IMG/VR virus record: IMGVR_UViG_3300025141_013870
Coordinates: 32,001-96,000 of that record
Length of the DNA: 64,000 bases
Reading direction: 5' to 3' (one strand)
Source: a virus
Position numbers and translations under genes: made by a program. The notes beneath the pieces are model-generated. The model was given only the letters and a program-made list of their open reading frames with translations. It did no database searches and was not told the origin of the DNA. This document shows positions 56,219-64,000 of the stretch, in pieces. The stretch's first letter is position 1. Every line of letters begins with the position of its first letter.

Positions 56219-56928
56219 TGTCAGATAATAAGGATAAAGGATTGTTCACACATAAAGATTTGAGAAAAAACATCAGAAAAAGCTTGAATCTTTGTGATGA
56301 GAGGCTAGATGAATCCTATGTTGCACAAGTGAAACAATTTAATCTACCAACAGAATTACTTAGCAAGTCAAGTAAAAAAAATCATATAGTGCTCTACGAC
56401 AATTATGTAGCTGTATTTAATAGAATTAGCGCTGAGCTTGATACCGCAGATAGAGCTAGTTCAAATTCTGATCATTCTCAATTTAGAGATCTTAAAGTTG
56501 ATGAGACATATAATATGAATTCATCTTACTTACATGAATTATACTTTTCTAACATTAGTGATCTTCATAGCGAGATATCGATGGATTCACTGTCTTATAT
56601 GCGTCTCGCTAGAGACTTTGGCTCTTTTGATGATTGGCAAAAAGATTTTGTCGCTTGCTGCTTGGCTTCTAGGTGCGGCTGGGCGATTACATATTTTAAT
56701 ACTTTCATGCAAAGATACATGAATTGCTCTATTGATCTGCATAGTCTTAATGTTCCCGTGGGTGCTTATCCCGTCATAGTGATGGATGTGTGGCAACATG
56801 CTTATTATAGAGACTATCTTAAGGATGTAAAGACATATGTATATGGCATGATGAAGCAGCTAAATTGGAAAGTTATAGAAAAACGATTTGAGAAAGCTGA
56901 TGAAATTCAAAAAATACTAAGGGCATAA
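56218..56928 (+). CDS. Fe/Mn superoxide dismutase-like protein
   Basis: NHIVLY, LHELYF, FGSFDDW, GW, PVIVMDVWQHAYY, LNW. Confidence 0.85.
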   Translation: MSDNKDKGLFTHKDLRKNIRKSLNLCDERLDESYVAQVKQFNLPTELLSKSSKKNHIVLYDNYVAVFNRISAELDTADRASSNSDHSQFRDLKVDETYNMNSSYLHELYFSNISDLHSEISMDSLSYMRLARDFGSFDDWQKDFVACCLASRCGWAITYFNTFMQRYMNCSIDLHSLNVPVGAYPVIVMDVWQHAYYRDYLKDVKTYVYGMMKQLNWKVIEKRFEKADEIQKILRA

Positions 56929-56929
56929 T

Positions 56930-57586
56930 ATGAAAAATTCAGTTACTAGAACTATTAGATCTTTGATACTGGAACAGGTAGAAGATCTGTTTGTCAACCC
57001 TGCAGCTGCTGAGGAAACAACTCGACTCGAGGTAGATTCAGCAGATGATCAAATTGATTCATTTATTTTGAAATTTGAAAAAGATTCAATATCAGAGGAT
57101 GACAATGAGATCAATAGTCTAAATGAGTCATTATATAATCTGTCTTTAAAAGCTCTCCTAGAGCAGGAAGAGGACGAAGAAGCTGTTGAAGTAGATGAGG
57201 AAGAACCTGTCGAGGATGAGGGTGAAGAGTCTCCGGCTGGTGATGACGCTGCACCAGAAGATCCTGAACCTGCAGGAAGCGAAGATACAGATGTTGAACC
57301 TGCTGAATCTCTTCCAAGACCGCCACTAGACGTTGATTCCTTTACTAAGCGAGTCGCAAGACTGGCAATGAATCATGAAAACCTTTTAGATATAAAAACA
57401 GTTATCATAAACAGAGCTATGAATTTTCTTAAGGAGAATTATGATGACGCACACGCCCTTGAGATGAAAGACATTCTTGATTCACAGTTTGATTTTGATC
57501 TAGACGGAGGGAAGGAAATACCTTCTGCACCATTTGCTGTAGGCGCCAATCCTGCGGGTGCTGGAACTATGGGCGGCGGGGCGTGA
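56930..57586 (+). CDS. Acidic hypothetical protein, probably virion/head-associated
   Basis: IRSLILEQ N-terminal motif; Glu/Asp/Pro-rich linker. Confidence 0.6.
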   Translation: MKNSVTRTIRSLILEQVEDLFVNPAAAEETTRLEVDSADDQIDSFILKFEKDSISEDDNEINSLNESLYNLSLKALLEQEEDEEAVEVDEEEPVEDEGEESPAGDDAAPEDPEPAGSEDTDVEPAESLPRPPLDVDSFTKRVARLAMNHENLLDIKTVIINRAMNFLKENYDDAHALEMKDILDSQFDFDLDGGKEIPSAPFAVGANPAGAGTMGGGA

Positions 57587-57876
57587 TGGCTAAGAAGACG
57601 TACATAGATTTCGAAACAAAGAAGACTATTCACTTTAACATAACAAGAGAAACCCATAGCAAAATTAGAATTATGTGTTTTAAAAATAGGCTTTCTTTAC
57701 AAGAGGTATATGAAGAAATCTCACAAAGAATAGCATCAGAATCTCCTGAAATGATTTCTTTTTTAGAAGATCTTTCTCAAAAGAAAAGAGACAAGATTGT
57801 TAAAAAATTATCAGAAACGGATGCAGAATCACTATTTAATATTATAGAAAAAGAAAACCCGTTACGTGATGAGTGA
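57583..57876 (+). CDS. Small hypothetical protein, possibly DNA-binding
   Basis: KKTIHFNITRETHSKIRIMCFKNRLSLQEVYEE has a ribbon-helix-helix-like pattern. Confidence 0.5.
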   Translation: MMAKKTYIDFETKKTIHFNITRETHSKIRIMCFKNRLSLQEVYEEISQRIASESPEMISFLEDLSQKKRDKIVKKLSETDAESLFNIIEKENPLRDE

Positions 57877-58156
57877 GATGATTAAATATATTAAAAATTT
57901 ATTTCGTAGAAGGAGAAGGCATCTCGATCATATCGAGACGCTAGAGGAGAGAATAATCTCTCTTGAAAAACATCTTTTAGAATCACAGCATATGCTTGCA
58001 AAACAGTCAGAGCTTCTATCAGTTGTAGCAAGCATTCAGTGTGATATTATCGGAGTAATGTTTAAAGAATCTCCCAAGGCTATAAAGAAAGATAAAAAAT
58101 CTTCGCAGAAAAGAACGCTTATAGTCATACCATCTGATGATGACTTTATAAATTAA
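57866..58156 (+). CDS. Hypothetical coiled-coil protein
   Basis: Coupled ORF in the operon; heptad segment. Confidence 0.5.
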   Translation: MMSEMIKYIKNLFRRRRRHLDHIETLEERIISLEKHLLESQHMLAKQSELLSVVASIQCDIIGVMFKESPKAIKKDKKSSQKRTLIVIPSDDDFIN

Positions 58157-58183
58157 TCCTCCTATTTATATTAGGAGGATCAA

Positions 58184-58378
58184 ATGCGAACTGGACTTGT
58201 AGATAGAATTCTAGGTAAAATCATTTCTAGAAAATTTACTGTCTTTGTAACAGCTACAGCATTAATGCTTTGGGCCGATCTCACTTCAGATACGTGGGGA
58301 ATGATTGCGATAGTTTATATCGGGGGCCAAAGTGTTATTGATGCAGCGCTTTCTTGGAAGCACGGTAAAGATGACTAG
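58184..58378 (+). CDS. Small two-TM membrane protein (holin-like)
   Basis: 64 aa, ISRKFTVFV...GMIAIVYIGGQSVID; AGGAGG RBS. Confidence 0.5.
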   Translation: MRTGLVDRILGKIISRKFTVFVTATALMLWADLTSDTWGMIAIVYIGGQSVIDAALSWKHGKDD

Positions 58379-58787
58379 TAGTTTAATATGGCTATCGATT
58401 AAAGCTCGATTAAGAAAAACATACGCGTGGTGCAAGAAGTACTGGCAGATACTTGTTGGTGCTGCGATTCCGATTATTCTGATGATAATATTTAAAAAAA
58501 ATAACGAAGCTGGAAAAATCTTAGACAGAGCAAGAGATGATTATAAAAAAGAGATAGACGTTATTAATAAGTCTCATAATAAGGAAATAGAAGATATAGA
58601 GGTCGCAAGAAAAATATATTTAAAATCATTAAAAGAAATAGAAGAAAAATATATTGATGCCAAAGAGAGCCTCGACGATAAAAAGAAAAAAGAGATAGAG
58701 AAAGTCATACTAGAAAATGTTAATAATCCTGATGAGATAACAAGAAGAATTTCAGAGATTACAGGATTTGAAATTCATGTATCATAA
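58371..58787 (+). CDS. Membrane-anchored coiled-coil protein (i-spanin-like)
   Basis: TM segment WQILVGAAIPIILMIIF followed by a charged coiled coil. Confidence 0.45.
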   Translation: MTSSLIWLSIKARLRKTYAWCKKYWQILVGAAIPIILMIIFKKNNEAGKILDRARDDYKKEIDVINKSHNKEIEDIEVARKIYLKSLKEIEEKYIDAKESLDDKKKKEIEKVILENVNNPDEITRRISEITGFEIHVS

Positions 58788-58828
58788 ACGATATTTTTTT
58801 AAAATGATATTATCTTTAAGGGAAAGCT

Positions 58829-59293
58829 ATGAATAAAAAAATTAATATTATAACGGGACACTTCTCATTACTGTTTTTTATTTTCAATATATTATTTTTT
58901 CCATCTTTATCATACGCTGATGAAAAAGTTGTTACTGTTACAAAAGGTGAATCAGCTCCATTTTCCGGCACTCTTTTTAACACTGAGGCTGCAGCAAGGC
59001 TTTTAATAGATCTCGAATCAAATACCGAGCTTTGTGATATTGAATGTGGCAAGAAGATAGAGAAAAAAGAAGCAGAGTTAAAATTTGATTATGATATTTT
59101 AAAAGCGTCTCATGATGCATTGCAAATAAAATATGACGAGACACTTATAATAAAAAATAATCAAATAGAATTTTTAGAAAAGCAGGCAACAAAGCCCAAG
59201 CTAGGTGGAGAATTAGTTTTTATTTTAGGTGTTCTGGGAGGCGTAGGAATAACAATGGCGTCAGCGTATACTTTAAATCAAATTTCTAATTAG
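58829..59293 (+). CDS. Exported protein with signal peptide and C-terminal TM segment
   Basis: Signal ending SYA, KGESAPFSGTL motif, coiled coil, hydrophobic C-terminus. Confidence 0.5.
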   Translation: MNKKINIITGHFSLLFFIFNILFFPSLSYADEKVVTVTKGESAPFSGTLFNTEAAARLLIDLESNTELCDIECGKKIEKKEAELKFDYDILKASHDALQIKYDETLIIKNNQIEFLEKQATKPKLGGELVFILGVLGGVGITMASAYTLNQISN

Positions 59294-59336
59294 AATACTT
59301 TGGGTAGATGAGATATTTATTTGTGTGGAGCGATTC

Positions 59337-61223
59337 ATGAAAGTCATCGTTAATAGAAATGCATTAGAAACAGCTATCAAAAGCATGGTCGAGTCTCGAA
59401 GCATACAGTCAACAAGTATAGACACTATAGCTGGAGACATAGATGCCGACGAAACTGATGAGCCAATACAGGCATCTGACATGATGTCTGTTCAGCTCGC
59501 AGTTGATAAGCCCCCTGTTGAAGATCCAGAGTTTGTTCCAACAACCCGACAAGCGCTAGGAAGATCAGCATCAGCGATATCTCAAGAGGTTCCAGATGAT
59601 CAGATAGATTTTTTCTATAGGAAGCTACATGATCTTTTAGATCAATCCCTAGATAGGCATGATGCTTCTAAATGGGAGGAGCCCACAGTTGAACAGGAAG
59701 ATGAAGAAGCCGTGGAGGCACAAGATGAAGCCATACCAGAGGAAGAGGATTCTATAAGAGAAGCTAAGTTTAGAAAAGCTGTGTCATTAATGCTTGAGGA
59801 AGATGATTCTTTTACAGAAGACGAACATGACAAGATAGTTGTTGCCACAGAAGAGATAGTAGAATTTCTTGAGTCAATTAAATTTGGATATTCTACTAGA
59901 GAAAGAGTTTTAACTGCTGGAGAAATTCAGACATATTTTGCTGATGGTCTTATGAGACGAGCATTAGACGACATTCTTGATACAAATGATATGCTTCCAG
60001 AGATATCGTCAGCTATAGCTGACTTGTCAGATATCGAAAAAGACCGTGTGCTATCAAATGTAAGGGATCACTACATGAAGCTTTCAAGGTCAATTCCAAC
60101 TCAGCAAGATGTTGACCAGATAGATGCGAATAAAGAAGTTGACATGGTTGCAAATTCAATGTTAAAATCTATGTCATCTGACGATGTTGCAAAATTCCTA
60201 TTAAACAAGGCTAAATCTGAAAAAGATCCCTTAAAGAAAAATGCTTATAATAATATAGCAACATTACTCTTGAAGAAGGGCGAGACAGCATTTGTTGATC
60301 CTGGGTACTATGGTGAAAAAGAAGAAGAGGAAGCACAATTATCTCCAGAAGATGCAGCACAAGTTGCACAAGAGAAGCTCGAGAGAGATTTAAAGAAGCT
60401 AGATGCTCTTGCAGCTGTCTTCGGTTTCAGCGCAGCAAGCGGGTTTAGACAGTGGAGGATGAAATTTCCCGAACCTATTTTTAAAGCTGTCCTTGGATCA
60501 GAAGGTGGGATCTCTGAGTATAGAGGATTTTCTAATGAAGTCTATAAATCTATGATACTTGCAATGAAAAAGGTGTCTGAGATGGTCGGTCTTCTCGTCG
60601 AAGAGGTTGAGGATGATTTAGAAGAAAACCCTGGAGACAAAGATCTTGAACAGATGGTAGAGGTGCTTCAGAAGATTGATATAGAGTTACTTGAAATTGG
60701 AGAGACAGTAACAGAGGATGGCGACTTTGACAGTGAAATGATTCACAATACTCTTGGAGGAAAAGTTTTAAAACAGATATTTAGCACTCATTTTTATAAG
60801 CCTCCGTTTACTGAGTATGCTAGAACAATTAAAAAACACATGATATCGTTTCTTACCGGCCAGGGAATAGATCAGAAAACTGCATCAACGTTTGCCAAGA
60901 TGTTCAACGGAGAGGTTGATCTGCTTCCTTATAATTCTCCAAAAATGCAAATGAATAAGGTTCGGCTGGGCGGTGTGACGATTCAAATTTATAGAGCTTC
61001 GCTAGCAGAGGCACAAAAATTTAATAGAGTATTTTTTGGAAAAGAAAATAGAGAAAAAATTAGTGCTAATTTTGAAAAGATGCTAAGAGATCCACAAAAA
61101 ATCACTCGAGCAATATTTGATTCAATTCCTGATGTATTAGAATGGTCATCTACTGAGAGTGAAAATCCCCAATTACAGGTAACTGAAACTCGCATAAGAG
61201 ATCTTATCTCAGGAATGATTTGA
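59337..61223 (+). CDS. Large acidic hypothetical protein, probably virion-associated
   Basis: Preceded by ATATTTATT and GGAG; C-terminal RIRDLI motif. Confidence 0.6.
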   Translation: MKVIVNRNALETAIKSMVESRSIQSTSIDTIAGDIDADETDEPIQASDMMSVQLAVDKPPVEDPEFVPTTRQALGRSASAISQEVPDDQIDFFYRKLHDLLDQSLDRHDASKWEEPTVEQEDEEAVEAQDEAIPEEEDSIREAKFRKAVSLMLEEDDSFTEDEHDKIVVATEEIVEFLESIKFGYSTRERVLTAGEIQTYFADGLMRRALDDILDTNDMLPEISSAIADLSDIEKDRVLSNVRDHYMKLSRSIPTQQDVDQIDANKEVDMVANSMLKSMSSDDVAKFLLNKAKSEKDPLKKNAYNNIATLLLKKGETAFVDPGYYGEKEEEEAQLSPEDAAQVAQEKLERDLKKLDALAAVFGFSAASGFRQWRMKFPEPIFKAVLGSEGGISEYRGFSNEVYKSMILAMKKVSEMVGLLVEEVEDDLEENPGDKDLEQMVEVLQKIDIELLEIGETVTEDGDFDSEMIHNTLGGKVLKQIFSTHFYKPPFTEYARTIKKHMISFLTGQGIDQKTASTFAKMFNGEVDLLPYNSPKMQMNKVRLGGVTIQIYRASLAEAQKFNRVFFGKENREKISANFEKMLRDPQKITRAIFDSIPDVLEWSSTESENPQLQVTETRIRDLISGMI

Positions 61224-61618
61224 TGAAACTAGTAGAGCTACTAGAGAAATCACAAGGCACTCAGTTGCCCACGACATCTGTTGGAATGGCTCTAGGAAAT
61301 TTGCAAACAACGATTCCGGATACTGAACCTCCAATCAAAGCTGAGAGCTCTGACTGGACCACATTCACAGACCCTGAGAGGATATCTAGAACTTTTAATT
61401 TTGATAAATCTAATCATTTGAAATATTTTATCACAGAATTATTATCATACCAGGAAAAAGTTCAGCACCATGCAAAGATTACAATAGAACACGGAAGCGT
61501 TAGCGTAGAGACTTATACACATGATATTAACTCTGTTACACAACAAGATATATCACTTGCAAAGTTTTGTGACGAGATATATGATGATGTAACTTTTCTT
61601 GACTGGTCTAGAAGATGA
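61220..61618 (+). CDS. Pterin-4-alpha-carbinolamine dehydratase-like protein
   Basis: W...ISRTFNF, QHHAKI, YTHDINSVTQQDISLAKFCD. Confidence 0.8.
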   Translation: MMKLVELLEKSQGTQLPTTSVGMALGNLQTTIPDTEPPIKAESSDWTTFTDPERISRTFNFDKSNHLKYFITELLSYQEKVQHHAKITIEHGSVSVETYTHDINSVTQQDISLAKFCDEIYDDVTFLDWSRR

Positions 61619-61998
61619 AAGAGATAGAATACGAAAATTCTAAAGTAATGATTAGCGACTCTCTGGTAGACAAGATAGATCCCAGACAGTTCTATGATGA
61701 CCCTGACAAGATAAGCGACTTAACAGTTATTGTCTATTTTGACTCTACGTCGCTATCTGCATCAGTTAATAAAATAAAAATATCAAAAAATTTAATTCGT
61801 TTAAATTTTGTGTGTGAGTCTAAAGATGTGTGGCCTATAGTCTCTGGAGAAAAAATTAATAATTTTTCAATTTTAATGAACGATAATGATATAATTTTAA
61901 AGGATTATGAAGCGTTTGATATCTTGACAAGATCTGTAGCTGCGACACAAGATAGTGTGTATGAATGTGATTTAGTTGTAAAGATGCATAATACATAA
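61615..61998 (+). CDS. Hypothetical protein
   Basis: ATGA-coupled 127 aa ORF. Confidence 0.55.
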   Translation: MKEIEYENSKVMISDSLVDKIDPRQFYDDPDKISDLTVIVYFDSTSLSASVNKIKISKNLIRLNFVCESKDVWPIVSGEKINNFSILMNDNDIILKDYEAFDILTRSVAATQDSVYECDLVVKMHNT

Positions 61999-62013
61999 TA
62001 ATAGAGGTTTAAG

Positions 62014-62193
62014 ATGAAAAATCCCAAGTTTAAGTTTGATAAATTTATTGAAGATATTGATAAAAAAGAAAACGAAGGAAGGCAGAGGGTAAAGGACCAC
62101 GCCGACAGAGATGAATTTCTCCCACAGCGAAGATACAATAGGCTTTATAGGGAACATTGGCAAAATTCAACAAGATTTAGAAGTAAAAAATGA
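62014..62193 (+). CDS. Small hypothetical protein (59 aa, not in the ORF track)
   Basis: GAGG RBS; MKNPKFKFDKFIEDI...; its TGA overlaps the next ATG. Confidence 0.55.
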   Translation: MKNPKFKFDKFIEDIDKKENEGRQRVKDHADRDEFLPQRRYNRLYREHWQNSTRFRSKK

Positions 62194-62867
62194 GTACAAT
62201 AAAACTAGATACGTCAGATGATATCGTAACCTTTTTAAGGTTGCTGGCTGAGGAAAGCGTAAAAGATGCAAAAAAAACGATAGAGTCAGATCCAAAACAA
62301 GAATATTTTACTAGCAACATGAACAAAGACAACAAATTTTTTCATTCTCTTTCTGAACAGCCAGAGGCTGAGGAAGAGACTGAAGGGGAGCCTACAGAGG
62401 AAACAGAGGAGGAAGTTGAAGTTGAGGAACCGGAAGGTCCCCCAACACTTGAAGTTTCTCTTGACAGTATATCAGATACAATCAAACAACTTAGAAGCGG
62501 TCGATCTGTAGATGATAGTAAGGTTAGAGATCAGCTTCGTACTTATTTTGATAGACTTGACGAGACTGAAAGACAGGCACTTCTTATATTTTTAAGGGCA
62601 TTTTCTGGAATTTTAACTGGATCTCTACAAGGGGATGATGCTCCTGATCCTGGAGATCCTCCATCGAGTATAACTATGGGTTCTGGCTCTGATGAAGTAG
62701 AAGAAGTCGAAGAAGAGGTTGAGGAAGAGTCTGGTGAGGAGACAGAAGAGGAAGGATTCGAAGAAGAGGAAGAAGAGGAAGAAGATACAACGCCGCCGAT
62801 AAAAGCTGGTGAACCAGCTGAGCTTGCAGAAATAAGAAAGCGAGTCCGAGCGTTAATGATAAAATAG
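62190..62867 (+). CDS. Highly acidic hypothetical protein
   Basis: Two poly-Glu tracts flanking a folded core. Confidence 0.6.
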   Translation: MSTIKLDTSDDIVTFLRLLAEESVKDAKKTIESDPKQEYFTSNMNKDNKFFHSLSEQPEAEEETEGEPTEETEEEVEVEEPEGPPTLEVSLDSISDTIKQLRSGRSVDDSKVRDQLRTYFDRLDETERQALLIFLRAFSGILTGSLQGDDAPDPGDPPSSITMGSGSDEVEEVEEEVEEESGEETEEEGFEEEEEEEEDTTPPIKAGEPAELAEIRKRVRALMIK

Positions 62868-62904
62868 ACGTGTATTTTTAGTTATTTTTTGATAGAATAT
62901 ATAC

Positions 62905-63165
62905 ATGGAAAAAAGAATAATAAAGCTACCAAAGGGTGGAGATCTTGAGGTCGATATGACTCCAAGGTTTTTAGATATTATCAAAGAGTATTTTGATCTC
63001 GATAGTACTGAGTCTATTACAGATGATCAAATTAGGATGTTTGTATATGGAAGCACAAAGTCTGCTTTAGATACTGTTCCAGAGCATGGGTATGTTCCCG
63101 TACCAGGCCCTCTAGACGGTTTGGATGAGGACATAGATGCTGTTTCAGATGAGCCTTTGAAATAG
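62905..63165 (+). CDS. Hypothetical protein
   Basis: 86 aa ORF preceded by TGTATT-N16-TAGAAT. Confidence 0.55.
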   Translation: MEKRIIKLPKGGDLEVDMTPRFLDIIKEYFDLDSTESITDDQIRMFVYGSTKSALDTVPEHGYVPVPGPLDGLDEDIDAVSDEPLK

Positions 63166-63222
63166 AGATATCCTTTGTCATCATTTAGATTTTAAAATGA
63201 TATTTATAATCAAGGATTTTAA

Positions 63223-64000
63223 ATGTTCGCCATGTCTTTATCTGAATTTCTTTTTGACAAGGATGCAGCTGTCCTTTTTGAGGGAGGGCTTAAGCTACCC
63301 GTCAACCAGAGGCATAGGCTAGCAGAGCTTACTCCTGACGTTGCAGATCAAGCTATAAAGATATATGAGGATTTAATTAATAGGTGGAATGGATATCTTA
63401 TCTCTATTGGAGAAGAACCCGTTAAAGCGCTTAGACCAACAGGTTCAGTTAGCTATTACCAGCTTGATATCTCGCAGAGCAAAGATAACGTGTATGGCGA
63501 CATAGATTATCTTGTTGAGTTTCCTTTGGCAGTAGAAGGAAATGAATCTGAGATAAGGCAAGCAGATAGAAGAGCAGACAAAAAATACACAGAACTATTT
63601 ATTAATTTTTTAAATACAAAGATGCCTGATATTGTAGATGTAGAAGCAACCTTGGAGGGCAGGACACCCATGATGGTGATGATACGTCTGCCAGATAACA
63701 AGCTAGTTCAAGTTGATACTGTAAAAACATTTCCTAGATATTCATCTTGGATGGAGGGGCGCTATACGCCAGAGAGAGGATTAAAAGGATATACAACAGG
63801 AAATCTCTATAAGGCACTAGGGGACTACCTAGTAATGTCAATTGGAACAGAAGGTGTAATAGTTAGATCAAAGATGGGTCAAAGAGTCCAGTCTAAGTTT
63901 TCACGAAGTAAAGGAGTCGAAACATCAAGCATTAGTCTTGATATAAGAAACTTTCTAAGAGATATAGCTAGATATATCATAGGATCCGATGACATAGAAG
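63223..64000 (+). CDS. Nucleotidyltransferase-fold protein (3' truncated by window edge)
   Basis: Open to the window end; RPTGSVSYY...YGDIDYLV (GS...DxD) and a later VQVD third-Asp strand. Confidence 0.6.
   Translation, partial: MFAMSLSEFLFDKDAAVLFEGGLKLPVNQRHRLAELTPDVADQAIKIYEDLINRWNGYLISIGEEPVKALRPTGSVSYYQLDISQSKDNVYGDIDYLVEFPLAVEGNESEIRQADRRADKKYTELFINFLNTKMPDIVDVEATLEGRTPMMVMIRLPDNKLVQVDTVKTFPRYSSWMEGRYTPERGLKGYTTGNLYKALGDYLVMSIGTEGVIVRSKMGQRVQSKFSRSKGVETSSISLDIRNFLRDIARYIIGSDDIE

Noticed and set aside
62690-62790. GAA/GAG-rich repeat-like tract
   Set aside because: Explained by poly-Glu coding in the 62190 ORF; not an independent repeat element.
420-63701. The many 60-190 aa minus-strand and nested alternative-frame ORFs in the track
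   Set aside because: They lie antisense to or inside well-supported + strand genes, lack RBSs and family motifs, and look like shadow ORFs. Only 40252-40908 is accepted on the minus strand.
1-64000. Stop-codon reassignment, as in some jumbo phages
   Set aside because: Conserved genes are full length in the standard code and end at TAA, TAG and TGA at the expected positions.
1-64000. CRISPR arrays, tRNAs, rRNAs, IS elements, integrases
   Set aside because: No regularly spaced repeats, cloverleaf-like sequences or transposase/integrase motifs were seen; intergenic gaps are mostly too short. A tRNAscan/Infernal run would be needed to be certain.

Overview
This 64 kb window is part of a large tailed (myovirus-like, probably jumbo) bacteriophage genome. 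It uses the standard genetic code and is almost entirely encoded on the + strand; the one convincing - strand gene is a metallophosphoesterase at 40.3-40.9 kb. 1-16.6 kb is a contractile tail module: two tandem sheath genes, tube, chaperone pair, tape measure, baseplate/hub. 16.6-26.5 kb is replication and recombination: short PolA-like protein, HD protein, gp32-like SSB, RecA/UvsX, 5'-3' exonuclease, DnaB-like helicase, class II RNR. 26.5-33 kb is a dense block of host-like metabolic genes (IscU, NfuA-like, IscA, ClpP, malate synthase, isocitrate lyase, type II glutamine synthetase) with an amidase endolysin. After a fibre-like gene comes a long accessory region with DnaE, DnaJ, SOD and many nucleotide-handling enzymes. 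Main highlights: (1) a candidate cytosine-modification pathway anchored on a dNMP-kinase/thymidylate-synthase-fold fusion that has Asp at the base-specificity position, accompanied by dimeric dNTPase-like genes, a divergent ThyX, a nucleoside deoxyribosyltransferase-like hydrolase, an MBD4-like glycosylase and an NDP-sugar epimerase; (2) a complete aceB-aceA glyoxylate shunt in a phage; (3) a CglF/GltF-like gliding-motility protein hinting at a Myxococcota/Bdellovibrionota host; (4) two candidate programmed frameshifts; (5) a shared N-terminal motif and a shared upstream motif on putative virion proteins. All family calls come from motif recognition by eye, not database searches.
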